Origin: an uncultured Gemmatimonadales bacterium
Lineage (GTDB): Bacteria > Gemmatimonadota > Gemmatimonadetes > Gemmatimonadales > GWC2-71-9
Assembly: GCA_963796635.1 (NCBI GenBank)
Contig: CAWCMH010000001.1
Location: forward strand, 198,296 to 262,295
DNA length: 64,000 bases
Reading direction: 5' to 3'
The position numbers and the translations under genes are program-made. Below are positions 52,591-61,116 of the stretch, one piece after another. Positions within the stretch are counted from its first letter, which is position 1. Every line of letters starts with the position of its first letter. Under the pieces are notes generated by a model. That model worked only from the letters and a program-made list of their open reading frames with translations, did not search any database and was not told the origin of the DNA.

Positions 52591-53945
52591 TCTCGATCTC
52601 GCATGGGGTCAAGTACGTCCGGGTGGGGGTGCCCCAAACGGCCAGCCACAGCAAGCTCAGCCTGCAGTGGCCTCGAGCGCTCCGACCGCGCCAGTGCAGA
52701 GTGGCATCACAGGGGGCAGCGCGGTGATTGAGGCGACACTCTTCTCGTATCAAGCCCTCGCGAGCGAGGCCAACGCAGTTGCGAAAGCAGTTCTTACTAA
52801 AGTGGGAGACCCTATGTGTTCGTCGAGGTGTCCGACCGTAGTCATCGCCACGCCATCGGACATTCAGGCAATCTTTGCGTGGCGGGCCACGATCGAGCAA
52901 TTGCGGTTCTTGGAGAAGCGCTCAGATGCGCTCGTCGACATGAAGGCCACATCTGACCTGTGTCCCGCGCCGGTTCATCCAGTGCCTCGCATGGCAGCGG
53001 TTTCCATTCCATCTCCCACGGACGTACAAACACTTGCACAGACACTTCAGACACTCGCGGGCCTAGCGGCAGTATCCGAGAATGTATCACCGGCCGCACA
53101 ATCCATGACGGATGCGCCATTGCAGGCGTTACTTGCAGGAGATCTCGCGGCACCAAGGCATGTCGCAGTTATACTTCCCAGCGCATATACTCCGGGAGCG
53201 TTGAGCAGTTCCGGGCTCGACAGCTCCTTCATAGAGATCGAACTTAATACGCTGGAGCAGGGGCGGAGTGATCTTACTCTTGCCATGAATGACTGCTCGT
53301 TTGCGGTGGCCCACGCCGTCGCAGATGCCCCAAAGCCTTCCGCTGTGGGGACCGGTGGAAAGGCAGGAGGGGGTGGAAACACCGATGATAACGCCGCAGT
53401 TGTGCTTCCAGACACGTTGCCGATCCACGCTCTCATGACATCGATGGTTACACAAATCACACTGATTGATGCGTTCGAGGCAGGACTGTTCGCCGCCCAG
53501 TCAGGCGGCGCTCCTGCGCTGACTCCATCAGCCACTGCAAACAACGCATCGCCGGTACCGGCAGTATCGCTGGTAAGTCCGCAACCCGGTGCTCCCATTC
53601 AGCAAGTCCTTGCAGGGGACCTCCTTGCCTACCGTCTTTGGCATGGGCAATCGTCCCCGAAGCCAGAGGATCTCAAAGCGCTTTATTTTCTCACCGCGCA
53701 CGCGCTGGAAGCCGGCGGCGAGATGTTCGCGAAGACGAACGTATTCACTGGGACACGCGTGGTCTACGGTGGCGGCGCAGTCATGACGTTCACTTTGTTC
53801 GCTGGCGACGGGACGGTCGAATGCTCGGGAATCGCGTATGGTTACCACGGTGATACGCGACCCTCCGGCGTCGAGAAGGCGTTAGAGAAGCCACTAACCA
53901 CAGTTCTGAGCGGAAGCTGTTCGATGTAGATCTTCGATAGATGCT

Positions 53946-54458
53946 GTGAAACGAGTATTATGCTATCGTTGGTGTGTGCTCGCACACGGTATGAAGCCCT
54001 ATCGTCAAACCCTCTACGAAACATGCTTAGCTGTGTGCTTGTTGCTTATCGGGGGTGTCGCACCAACCCAGGCACGAGAGTTGGCGATATGGGAGGCAGG
54101 ATGGCAATTCAATTTCCTGAGCGGCCAGCTGGAATATTTCACTGCACAATTTGGCAAACAGCTCGCCGTTCTTGTCGAAGACCCGGGGTACTATGTGCGT
54201 CTCGGTCGCCGTCCCCTAGCTGGCGTTAAGTTCTTCAAGGGGCACGTCGATGTCGGCAAGATTGTTCGACAACTTCGATGGGGACCCGTGATCGTCTACT
54301 TGGACAACTACCGCTTAGCGGGAGTTGTGCACTATCCGCACTTCGTCATCGTTCGATCTGCAACGACGCGGCAATTCATCGTCTTAGACTCCATGGACGG
54401 GCGAGTGAAACGGCTAACCAAGGTTCGAATTCAGCACCCTCTCTGCCAACATGAGTGA
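53946..54458 (+). CDS. Papain-fold cysteine peptidase, C39-like
   Basis: The Gln/Cys block YRQTLYETCLAVCLL, the His block HYPHFVIV and the Asp block IVLDSMDG are in the order typical of C39-type peptidases. The start is uncertain (GTG 53946 or ATG 53991). Lower GC. Confidence 0.5.
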   Translation: MKRVLCYRWCVLAHGMKPYRQTLYETCLAVCLLLIGGVAPTQARELAIWEAGWQFNFLSGQLEYFTAQFGKQLAVLVEDPGYYVRLGRRPLAGVKFFKGHVDVGKIVRQLRWGPVIVYLDNYRLAGVVHYPHFVIVRSATTRQFIVLDSMDGRVKRLTKVRIQHPLCQHE

Positions 54459-54509
54459 GACACCGCTCCTGCTGTAGTTTAGTGTACGAGGGCGATCGAG
54501 GTTGTTCCG

Positions 54510-54929
54510 ATGGTGTCGTCTCTTGCTCAAAGTCCCGTCCTGGTGCACGATGTGGGGGTGTCCACCCACCGCAGTCGGCGCCGTTTCACCGCCGCGTATA
54601 AGCAGCAGATCCTGGAGGAAGCCGCCCGCTGTACCGCGCCCGGTGCGCTCGGCGCGTTGTTGCGGCGCGAGGGATTGTATTCGTCGCACCTCGCCGCGTG
54701 GCGGGCCGCCGCCGCACGCGGGGAGCTCACCGGTCCCGCTCGCCGTCGTGGTCCCAAGCCGGTGCCGCCCGATCCGCAGGCCAAGCAGGTCGTCGCCCTC
54801 CAGCGCGCCTTGGCCCAGGCGTTGGCCCGCGCCGAGCACGCCGAGGCCTTGGTGGATCTCCAAAAAAAAGTCGCGGCGCTGCTCGGTCGACCACTCCCGC
54901 CGGCCGACGGGCCGAGCGCGGCACGCTGA
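54510..54929 (+). CDS. IS3-family transposase OrfA
   Basis: RRRFTAAYKQQILEEAARCTAPGALGALLRREGLYSSHLAAWR is HTH-like. Coiled-coil tail. Contains an A8 frameshift-type run. Confidence 0.75.
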   Translation: MVSSLAQSPVLVHDVGVSTHRSRRRFTAAYKQQILEEAARCTAPGALGALLRREGLYSSHLAAWRAAAARGELTGPARRRGPKPVPPDPQAKQVVALQRALAQALARAEHAEALVDLQKKVAALLGRPLPPADGPSAAR

Positions 54930-55648
54930 TGGACGCCATCGCAACGCGTGTCGGAGAGCGTCCGCGGCTCCGCGTCCGCCCGATGTGCGCGGCACTGCAG
55001 GTCGCGCCCGCGACCTACTATCGCACCCGGCACCCCGCGGTGCAGGGACCGCGCGTGCGACGCGCGGTCGCGCGGGCCCTCACGCCCACCGAGCAGGACA
55101 CGGTGCTGGCGGTCTTGCACGCGCCGCGCTTCGTCGATCTCGCGCCCGCGCAAGTGTACGCCACGCTCCTCGACGAGCAGACGTACCACTGTTCGGAGCG
55201 CACGATGTACCGCGTCCTCGCCGCGCACGGCGAAACCGTGGAGCGGCGGACCCAGCGGCACGGGCCAGTCTACGCCGCGCCGGAGTTGCTCGCGACAGCG
55301 CCGAATCAGTTGTGGAGTTGGGACATCACGCGGCTCAAAGGCCCGACGACGTGGACCTACTGGTATCTCTACGTGCTGCTCGATGTGTTCAGTCGCTACG
55401 TCGTCGGCTGGATGGTCGCCCCGCGCGAAACCGCGACGCTCGCCAAGCTCTTGATCGGGACGAGCTGCGCGCGACAAGGTATCGTCCGCGACCAACTCAC
55501 CGTGCATGCCGATCGCGGCTCGTCGATGATCTCGAAGCCCGTCGCGCTGCTGCTGGCCGATCTCGGCGTGACCAAGACGCATTCGCGGCCCTCGGTGTCG
55601 AACGACAATCCGTATTCGGAGGCGCAGTTCAAGACGCTCAAGTACCGT
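54929..55648 (+). pseudogene. IS3-family transposase OrfB, truncated at its 3' end by a nested IS
   Basis: WSWDITRLKG...YVLLDVFSRYVVGW...VHADRGSSM...SRPSVSNDNPYSEAQFKTLKYR, then IS-derived sequence. About 80-100 C-terminal codons are missing. Confidence 0.75.
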
Positions 55649-55689
55649 CGTAGTCTCCCCCGTCAAGGACACAGTGCGTCGCTAGACTT

Positions 55690-56525
55690 TCACGCCGCGA
55701 TGGGCCTCGGCAAATAGCTGCGGGGCGGCACGCCACCGAGGCTGCTGTGCGGCCGCTCCGTGTTGTACATCTCCCGCCACTGCTCCGTCACCTGGCGCAC
55801 CTCGGCCAGCGAGGTGAAGACCCAAGCGTCCAACACTTCGGTGCGATACGTCCGGTTGAAGCGTTCGATGAAGGCGTTCTGATTCGGCTTCCCGGGCTGG
55901 ATGTGGATCAACTCGACCCCGTGCGCGTCGCACCACGCGGCGAGCGCCACTGCGATGAATTCCGGTCCATTGTCGCAGCGCAGGCGGTCGGGCGTGCCAT
56001 GGATCGCCACCAGCTGGTCCAGCAGTGCCACCACCCGGACACTCGGCAGCGACATATCGATCTCGTTCGCGAGCGCTTCGCGGTTGCCTTCATCGAGCAC
56101 ATTCAGGATGCGGTACTGCCGGCCGTCGTACAGGGTGTCCCCCATGAAATCGAGCGCCCACGTCCGGTTCAGGACCGCCGGGGCCTCCAGCGCCAGACGC
56201 GGCCGCGTCAGCACACGCTTCTTGCCACGGCGCTTCAGATTCAGCCGCAGCGCACAGTACACCCGGTACACACGCTTCGCATTCCACGCGTGCCCCAACG
56301 TGCGCAACCGCTCGTAGCAGAGCCCGAAGCCCCACCGACTGTTCCGATCAACGAGCGCCAGGAGTGCCGTGACCACCGGCTGATCCCTGGCCGATCGATC
56401 GGCGGCGGGGCGATACCACGCTGTCCGCGAGAGTCCGGTGAGCTGGCAGGCCCGCACGATCGACAGCGCGTGCTCCTGCACCAGCATCGCCACGACGGCC
56501 CGACGCGCGGACAGCGCTACAGTTT
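55690..56525 (-). CDS. IS3-family transposase OrfB (rve/DDE)
   Basis: Homologue of 36765..37600. A4 run at the overlap (complement of TTTT at 56523-56526). Confidence 0.8.
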
Positions 56526-56783
56526 TCGGCTGAGCACGTCCTTGATCGCCGCGTTCTCGAGGGCCAGCTCGGCGTACATCCGCTTCAGCTTGGCGTTCTC
56601 CTGCTCCAACTCCTTCAGCCGCCGCAGCTCCGGCACCGACGTGCCCCCGTATTTCGCCTTCCAGTTGAAATAGGTCGGGCGGCTGATCCCATGCTTGCGG
56701 AGAATCTCCGCGACCGGCACCCCCGCTTGACCTTCCTGCAACACCGCCACGATCTGGGACTCGGTGAACTTCGATTTCCGCAT
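56517..56783 (-). CDS. IS3-family transposase OrfA
   Basis: 88 aa, 86/88 identical to the product of 37592..37858. Confidence 0.85.
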   Translation of the reverse strand: MRKSKFTESQIVAVLQEGQAGVPVAEILRKHGISRPTYFNWKAKYGGTSVPELRRLKELEQENAKLKRMYAELALENAAIKDVLSRKL

Positions 56784-56960
56784 TGCTCCTCCTGAGCAAC
56801 GGAAAGTCTAACTCACGCTGTATCCGATCAGGGGAAGACTACGCGCACACCCCCCGCAATTGTACTGTTTCGTGGTGCGACACGCGGGCATGGGAAATGC
56901 TCAGGCCACTCCGGAATGAGGTACAGGTATCGTGGCTGACCCCTCAACGGAGTTCAATCC

Positions 56961-57644
56961 ATGAACGCAAAGTCAGTGCTGGTGCGGTGTGTTCTCACCG
57001 GGTCCGCCCTATGTGTCGCGGCAGTCATGCTGCTGGCCAAGTCCGCCTCGGCACAGACGACGATCTACAGCACCTTTGGTGCTGGCGACAGCTATGATGG
57101 CACCAACGGGTACTTCATCGGCGATTGGGCCGACCCCACCACCCAATGGATCGCTTCAGGATTCCAATACGGCGGCCCCGGCTCTTCCGAGGTAGATGCG
57201 CTGCGGTTTGCCGTCGGATACTATGCCGAACCTGGTGGGACGTTCGATGCGTCGCTGTGGGACGGTACCACGATGGGCTCTGCCGTCGAGCTCGAGTCAT
57301 GGACGGGGCTCACGAGTGCCGTGTCTTACCAACCCGGTGAGATCCAGACGGTCTACTCGGCGGGCGGAGATTTCCTCACGCCTGGCCACACGTACTGGTT
57401 TGTGCTTTCGGGAACCGGGAACCCCTTTGTCTGGGATTGGGCCGGTAACGACGCGACAACGAACTCGCTCGAGTACACATCGGATTCCGGGGCGAGTTGG
57501 GCCGATGATCCGGGCGGTGTCGATGCAGCGTGGGACATCAGCACGGTTCCCGTTACGACCACGCCGGAGCCCGCCACGCTGACGCTGCTCGCGACGGGGC
57601 TGGTTGGATTGACTGCCGCGGGACGCCGGCGCAAGCGGGCATAG
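56961..57644 (+). CDS. PEP-CTERM sorting-domain secreted protein
   Basis: Signal peptide. C-terminus VTTTPEPATLTLLATGLVGLTAAGRRRKRA. Confidence 0.8.
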   Translation: MNAKSVLVRCVLTGSALCVAAVMLLAKSASAQTTIYSTFGAGDSYDGTNGYFIGDWADPTTQWIASGFQYGGPGSSEVDALRFAVGYYAEPGGTFDASLWDGTTMGSAVELESWTGLTSAVSYQPGEIQTVYSAGGDFLTPGHTYWFVLSGTGNPFVWDWAGNDATTNSLEYTSDSGASWADDPGGVDAAWDISTVPVTTTPEPATLTLLATGLVGLTAAGRRRKRA

Positions 57645-57729
57645 TTCTAGCCGCTGCGCGAAGCAGGAACACCTTGGGCCAGCGATCGTAGCTGGCCCTT
57701 CGTGCGTGTGGGCAACGCCGTTGTGCCTC

Positions 57730-58335
57730 TCAGAACGTGATTGCGATCACCGCCGAGACTGTCTGCGTCTTGATGTTGAGGCTTCCGACGTCCTGCTTGA
57801 ACGCGTTAGTGATGCCGAGATCGGCGCGGCCGCCGATCGAGACGTGGCCGAAGCGGAGCCCGGCTTCGGCGATCCCGCTCACTTCGGTCGAGCTCGCATC
57901 GAATCCGCCAAACGATGCGCAGTCGCCTACGCCGCCAGAATCGGTCACCTTGCAGTTCAGGTTGATGCTGACCGCCGGTCCGGCACCGACGTACAGCGGG
58001 CCGAGGGAGATCCGGAGCACCAGGGGAATCTCGAGATCCGTGAGCTTCGTCGTGGGGTTGACCGCCTGGGTGCCAGCGTCTGTCTGCGCGCCCTTTTCGG
58101 TGTAGTAGACGCCCGGCTGGATGGCGAAGCCGGCCAGGCCAATCCGGATATACGCGCCACCGATGAACGTCGCGTAACGCTTCACGTCCGACACGGTATT
58201 GCCCGTGAACGTCGACAGCGACCCGCCGGCCATCACGCCGAGCGACACCAGCTGTGCTGGCGCGCGCGACGGAAGCGCGGCGAGCATCGTGACAAAAAGC
58301 ACCGAAAGGCCGACCACGTCTGCAACGCGCCGCAT
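57730..58335 (-). CDS. Outer-membrane beta-barrel protein (OmpA_membrane/OMP_b-brl-like)
   Basis: Start at MRRVADVVGLSVLFVTMLAALPSRAPAQ (58335). Alternating beta-strand pattern. Terminal ..VSAVIAITF. Confidence 0.7.
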   Translation of the reverse strand: MRRVADVVGLSVLFVTMLAALPSRAPAQLVSLGVMAGGSLSTFTGNTVSDVKRYATFIGGAYIRIGLAGFAIQPGVYYTEKGAQTDAGTQAVNPTTKLTDLEIPLVLRISLGPLYVGAGPAVSINLNCKVTDSGGVGDCASFGGFDASSTEVSGIAEAGLRFGHVSIGGRADLGITNAFKQDVGSLNIKTQTVSAVIAITF

Positions 58336-58382
58336 GACGTCTCCAGGGTGAGGGTGATGTCCTTCGGTCACACGCTCCCCAA

Positions 58383-58420
58383 TGTCACCCTGAGCGCAGC
58401 GACCGCTTCGCTCAGGGTGA
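58383..58420. repeat. REP-like perfect hairpin
   Basis: GTCACCCTGAGCG-N12-CGCTCAGGGTGAC (13-bp stem) between two minus-strand genes. A related sequence CAGGGTGACA...GTCGTCCCGAGCG lies at about 36409-36445. Confidence 0.6.
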
Positions 58421-58434
58421 CACTCTCACCGCCG

Positions 58435-58995
58435 TCACACGGCGGGCCACAGCCACATGAAGATCAGCCCGGTCGCGATCGCGTAGAGCAGCCCGTCGAT
58501 CGTCGCCCGCACCGTCGTCCCCCACGGCTTGTGAAACCAGATCGACGCCGGCCAGAGCGCGCCCGCATAGGTGAGGAATGCCGTGAATGCCGTCACGTGA
58601 AAGACGTGATGCGATCCCGCGCCGCGCGGCACCGTCACGCCGGCGAGGCACGCCACCGCCGCCGAGACGACCACCGCGTAGATGAACCACAACGTCATCG
58701 CCTTGCCCATCGCCATCATCCCGTTGGGCCACACCGACATCACCAGCACCGGGCCCTCGGCAATCTTCGCCTGGAACTCCGGCGAGCGCATCGCGGCGGT
58801 CGAGCCCGCTCGCGGCACCATGTATTCGCCGGGGGGAATCCCGAATGGTCGCAACGCGCGCATCACGCCGTCTTCATCGGGCACGCGTCGGTAGTCGCCC
58901 GCATGCCACTTGGTGAACATGTGGATCAATGAGCTGAGCACGAACACTGCGACCGCGGACAGCAACACCGGTAGCCATAGTGCATGGACCATCAT
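58435..58995 (-). CDS. Multi-pass membrane protein, hypothetical
   Basis: Start at MMVHALWLPVLLSAVAVFVL (58995), with GAGGGA upstream. Four or five hydrophobic helices. Confidence 0.6.
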   Translation of the reverse strand: MMVHALWLPVLLSAVAVFVLSSLIHMFTKWHAGDYRRVPDEDGVMRALRPFGIPPGEYMVPRAGSTAAMRSPEFQAKIAEGPVLVMSVWPNGMMAMGKAMTLWFIYAVVVSAAVACLAGVTVPRGAGSHHVFHVTAFTAFLTYAGALWPASIWFHKPWGTTVRATIDGLLYAIATGLIFMWLWPAV

Positions 58996-59129
58996 GGATC
59001 CCTCGGGCTGAGGTGGAAGGCGGCAGAATGTACGGCAAAATCGCCATTCCGCAGCCCCCGGCCGACCGGCCGCTTGCCTGCCGGGCCGACCGGTGCGACG
59101 ATTGCCGTACCCCGACCCGCGAGCCACCC

Positions 59130-60776
59130 ATGCCCGACATGCCTCGCCGCCACTTTGTCCGCGTCGCTGCGGCCGGCGCCGCGACCATCCTGTTGCCCGA
59201 CGTGGCCCGCGCCAGGGCCCGCACGCCGCGGTCGCGCCTGGCGGATTCGCACATCGAGATCCTGCTCGACGAACCGATCGCCACCATCGCGCCCGAGCTC
59301 TACGGCCATTTCACCGAGCACCTGGGCGGCGTGATCTACGACGGCGTGTGGGTCGGCGAGCATTCACCGGTGCCCAACATCGGCGGCGTGCGCAAGGCGC
59401 TGGTCGACGCGATGCAGGCGATCAAGCCGAGTGTGGTGCGCTGGCCCGGCGGCTGCTTTGCGGATTCGTACGACTGGCGTGACGGCGTCGGGCCGCGCGA
59501 CAAGCGTCCCGTGCGTACCAACTTCTGGGCCGGCGATCCCGGACTGCAGCAGGTGACCGGCGGCCCGGCGAAATACGACCCCAATGCCTTCGGTACGACC
59601 GAATTCGCCCGCTTCTGCCGGCTGATCCGCGCGCAACCGTATCTCGCGGCCAACGTGCGCACGCTGCCCGCGATGGCGTTCGACCAGTGGCTGGAGTACT
59701 GCAACGCCCCCGCCGGTGACACGACGTGGTCGACGGTGCGCGCCGACGCGGGAGACCGCGACCCCTACGGCGTGCGCTACTGGGGCGTCGGCAACGAGGC
59801 CTGGGGCTGCGGCGGCGACTTCACCCCCGAGGAATACGCCGAAGAATTTCGCCGCTTCACCGGCTCGGTGCCAACGCTCGGCGTCGACCTGGCGTTCATT
59901 GCGTCGGGACCGAATGGCGGCGATGTCGAATGGACGCGGCGGCTCCTCACCGCGCTAGCCGACCGCGGTGCAGTCGGCAGTGCCTGGGGTCTGTCGATGC
60001 ACCACTACTGCAGCGCGCCCGGCGCCGGCGACGATGCGATCGCGTTCGACGACCGGGGCTGGTACGACCTGCTCGCCAGCGCCGACCGGATGGAATCGAT
60101 CGTGACCTCGATCTGGGAGGTGGTGCAGCACCTCGACCGACAGCACCGCATGCGGCTGGTGGTCGACGAGTGGGGCGCCTGGCACAAGAACGCGCCGATC
60201 GTCGACCCGAGTCACCTGTTCGAGTCCCAGTCGACCATCCGCGATGCGCTCGTGACCGGACTCACGCTCGACATCTTTCACCGACACGCCGACAAGATCG
60301 CCATGGCCAACGTGGCGCAACTGATCAACTGCATCCACTCGTTGTTCTTTGCGCACGAGGACAAGTTCGTCACCACGCCGACGTATCATGTGTTCGCGAT
60401 GTACGCCGCCCATCAGGGCGCGCAATCGGTGCGGACGCTGGTGTCGGCGCCAGAGGTAACGTGGACCGCCGGCACCGCGCCACAGAAGCTGTGGGGGTTG
60501 AACGGCTCGGCATCACGTCGTGGCAACCAGCTCACGCTCACGGTGACCAATGCATCGCTGACCGCACCGCGCGACACCGAGATCGCGGTGCGCGGTGCGA
60601 CGATCACCGGCAGCCGGGCCACCACGCTCACGGCGCGCAGCGTGCACGACGTGAACACGTTCGACCAGCCGGATACCGTCGTGCCTGCCACCGTCGACGT
60701 GCCCGCTCGAGATGTGGGCGGGGTATATCGCTTTCCGCCGGCATCGGTGACAAGGTTGGCAATGAGTCTTGCGTGA
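59130..60776 (+). CDS. GH51-like alpha-L-arabinofuranosidase with Tat signal
   Basis: Tat motif RRHFVRVAAAGAA. Conserved blocks VVRWPGGCFADSYDWRDGVGP and YWGVGNEAWGCGG (GNE acid/base). C-terminal beta-sandwich region. Confidence 0.8.
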   Translation: MPDMPRRHFVRVAAAGAATILLPDVARARARTPRSRLADSHIEILLDEPIATIAPELYGHFTEHLGGVIYDGVWVGEHSPVPNIGGVRKALVDAMQAIKPSVVRWPGGCFADSYDWRDGVGPRDKRPVRTNFWAGDPGLQQVTGGPAKYDPNAFGTTEFARFCRLIRAQPYLAANVRTLPAMAFDQWLEYCNAPAGDTTWSTVRADAGDRDPYGVRYWGVGNEAWGCGGDFTPEEYAEEFRRFTGSVPTLGVDLAFIASGPNGGDVEWTRRLLTALADRGAVGSAWGLSMHHYCSAPGAGDDAIAFDDRGWYDLLASADRMESIVTSIWEVVQHLDRQHRMRLVVDEWGAWHKNAPIVDPSHLFESQSTIRDALVTGLTLDIFHRHADKIAMANVAQLINCIHSLFFAHEDKFVTTPTYHVFAMYAAHQGAQSVRTLVSAPEVTWTAGTAPQKLWGLNGSASRRGNQLTLTVTNASLTAPRDTEIAVRGATITGSRATTLTARSVHDVNTFDQPDTVVPATVDVPARDVGGVYRFPPASVTRLAMSLA

Positions 60777-60900
60777 CACCGTGGCCGGCGTCGCTACAGC
60801 GACGGCTCGGCGACCGCCGGCCGGCGCACGGCCCCCCGCGTCGGGGCCACTCATTTGCCCCTGAACAGTACGCCAATCGCAAATTGGAGTTAACGTCTGT

Positions 60901-61035
60901 TTCGCAGGCTTCGGCCGCGCGGTGGCGAGCGCGGCGCAATCGTTGACGGTTGGCCCGAACCTGATCGACATTGCGGTGACGGCGGAAGACGGCTCGTTGA
61001 TGATTTACGATGTGACCGTTACCCGCGGATCATGA
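60901..61035 (+). pseudogene. C-terminal remnant of a cadherin-like beta-sandwich domain protein
   Basis: There is no start, and the frame opens only at 60865. The translation ..QSLTVGPNLIDIAVTAEDGSLMIYDVTVTRGS* resembles the end of cadherin-like (PF12733-type) domains. Confidence 0.35.
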
Positions 61036-61116
61036 CGGCCCCGATTACGGCAATGCGTTCGATCGGTTCGTGAAGAGTTGGCCGGAAGGCCTGCCTCGCT
61101 TCCGGCCATCGCAACG

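Larger units (their letters stand above)
51156..53929 (+). pseudogene. Membrane-anchored Ala/Gly-rich protein gene interrupted by IS481 copy C
   Basis: ORF 50844..51335 and ORF 52541..53929 are in the same frame once the IS (51275-52590) and one TCT repeat are removed. This gives ..GRLGAIVLLLLVSTH|LDLAWGQVRPGGG.. with a TM helix spanning the junction. The start (ATG 51156) is tentative. Confidence 0.65.
54456..55648 (+). mobile_element. IS3-family insertion sequence, type 3, 3'-truncated (left end approximate)
   Basis: orfA, an A8 slippery run (54862-54869) and orfB in the -1 frame. orfB stops being homologous at ..SEAQFKTLKYR, exactly where IS3 type 1 copy 2 begins. The remainder is not found downstream of that IS. 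Confidence 0.7.
36724..56843. mobile_element. Composite-transposon-like block (~20.1 kb) bounded by two directly oriented IS3-family copies
   Basis: Neither bounding IS has its own direct repeat. The outer flanks share CGCA (36720-36723 and 56844-56847). The cargo is IS-rich and lower in GC. The inner flank of copy 2 is a truncated foreign IS whose 3' part is absent from the window. Confidence 0.5.
55649..56843 (-). mobile_element. IS3-family insertion sequence, type 1, copy 2 (1195 bp)
   Basis: Same length, IRs and gene order as 36724..37918, with scattered substitutions (for example OrfA S7T and A19Q; OrfB about 10 aa differences). Confidence 0.85.

Noticed and set aside
52541-52593. Annotated start (MLPMSSVYLLPMSPTAP) of the 462-aa ORF, and the SSRGHR* tails of ORFs 9956..10300 and 13904..14212
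   Set aside because: These codons are encoded by the IS481 terminal sequence. They are artefacts of insertion, not native gene ends.
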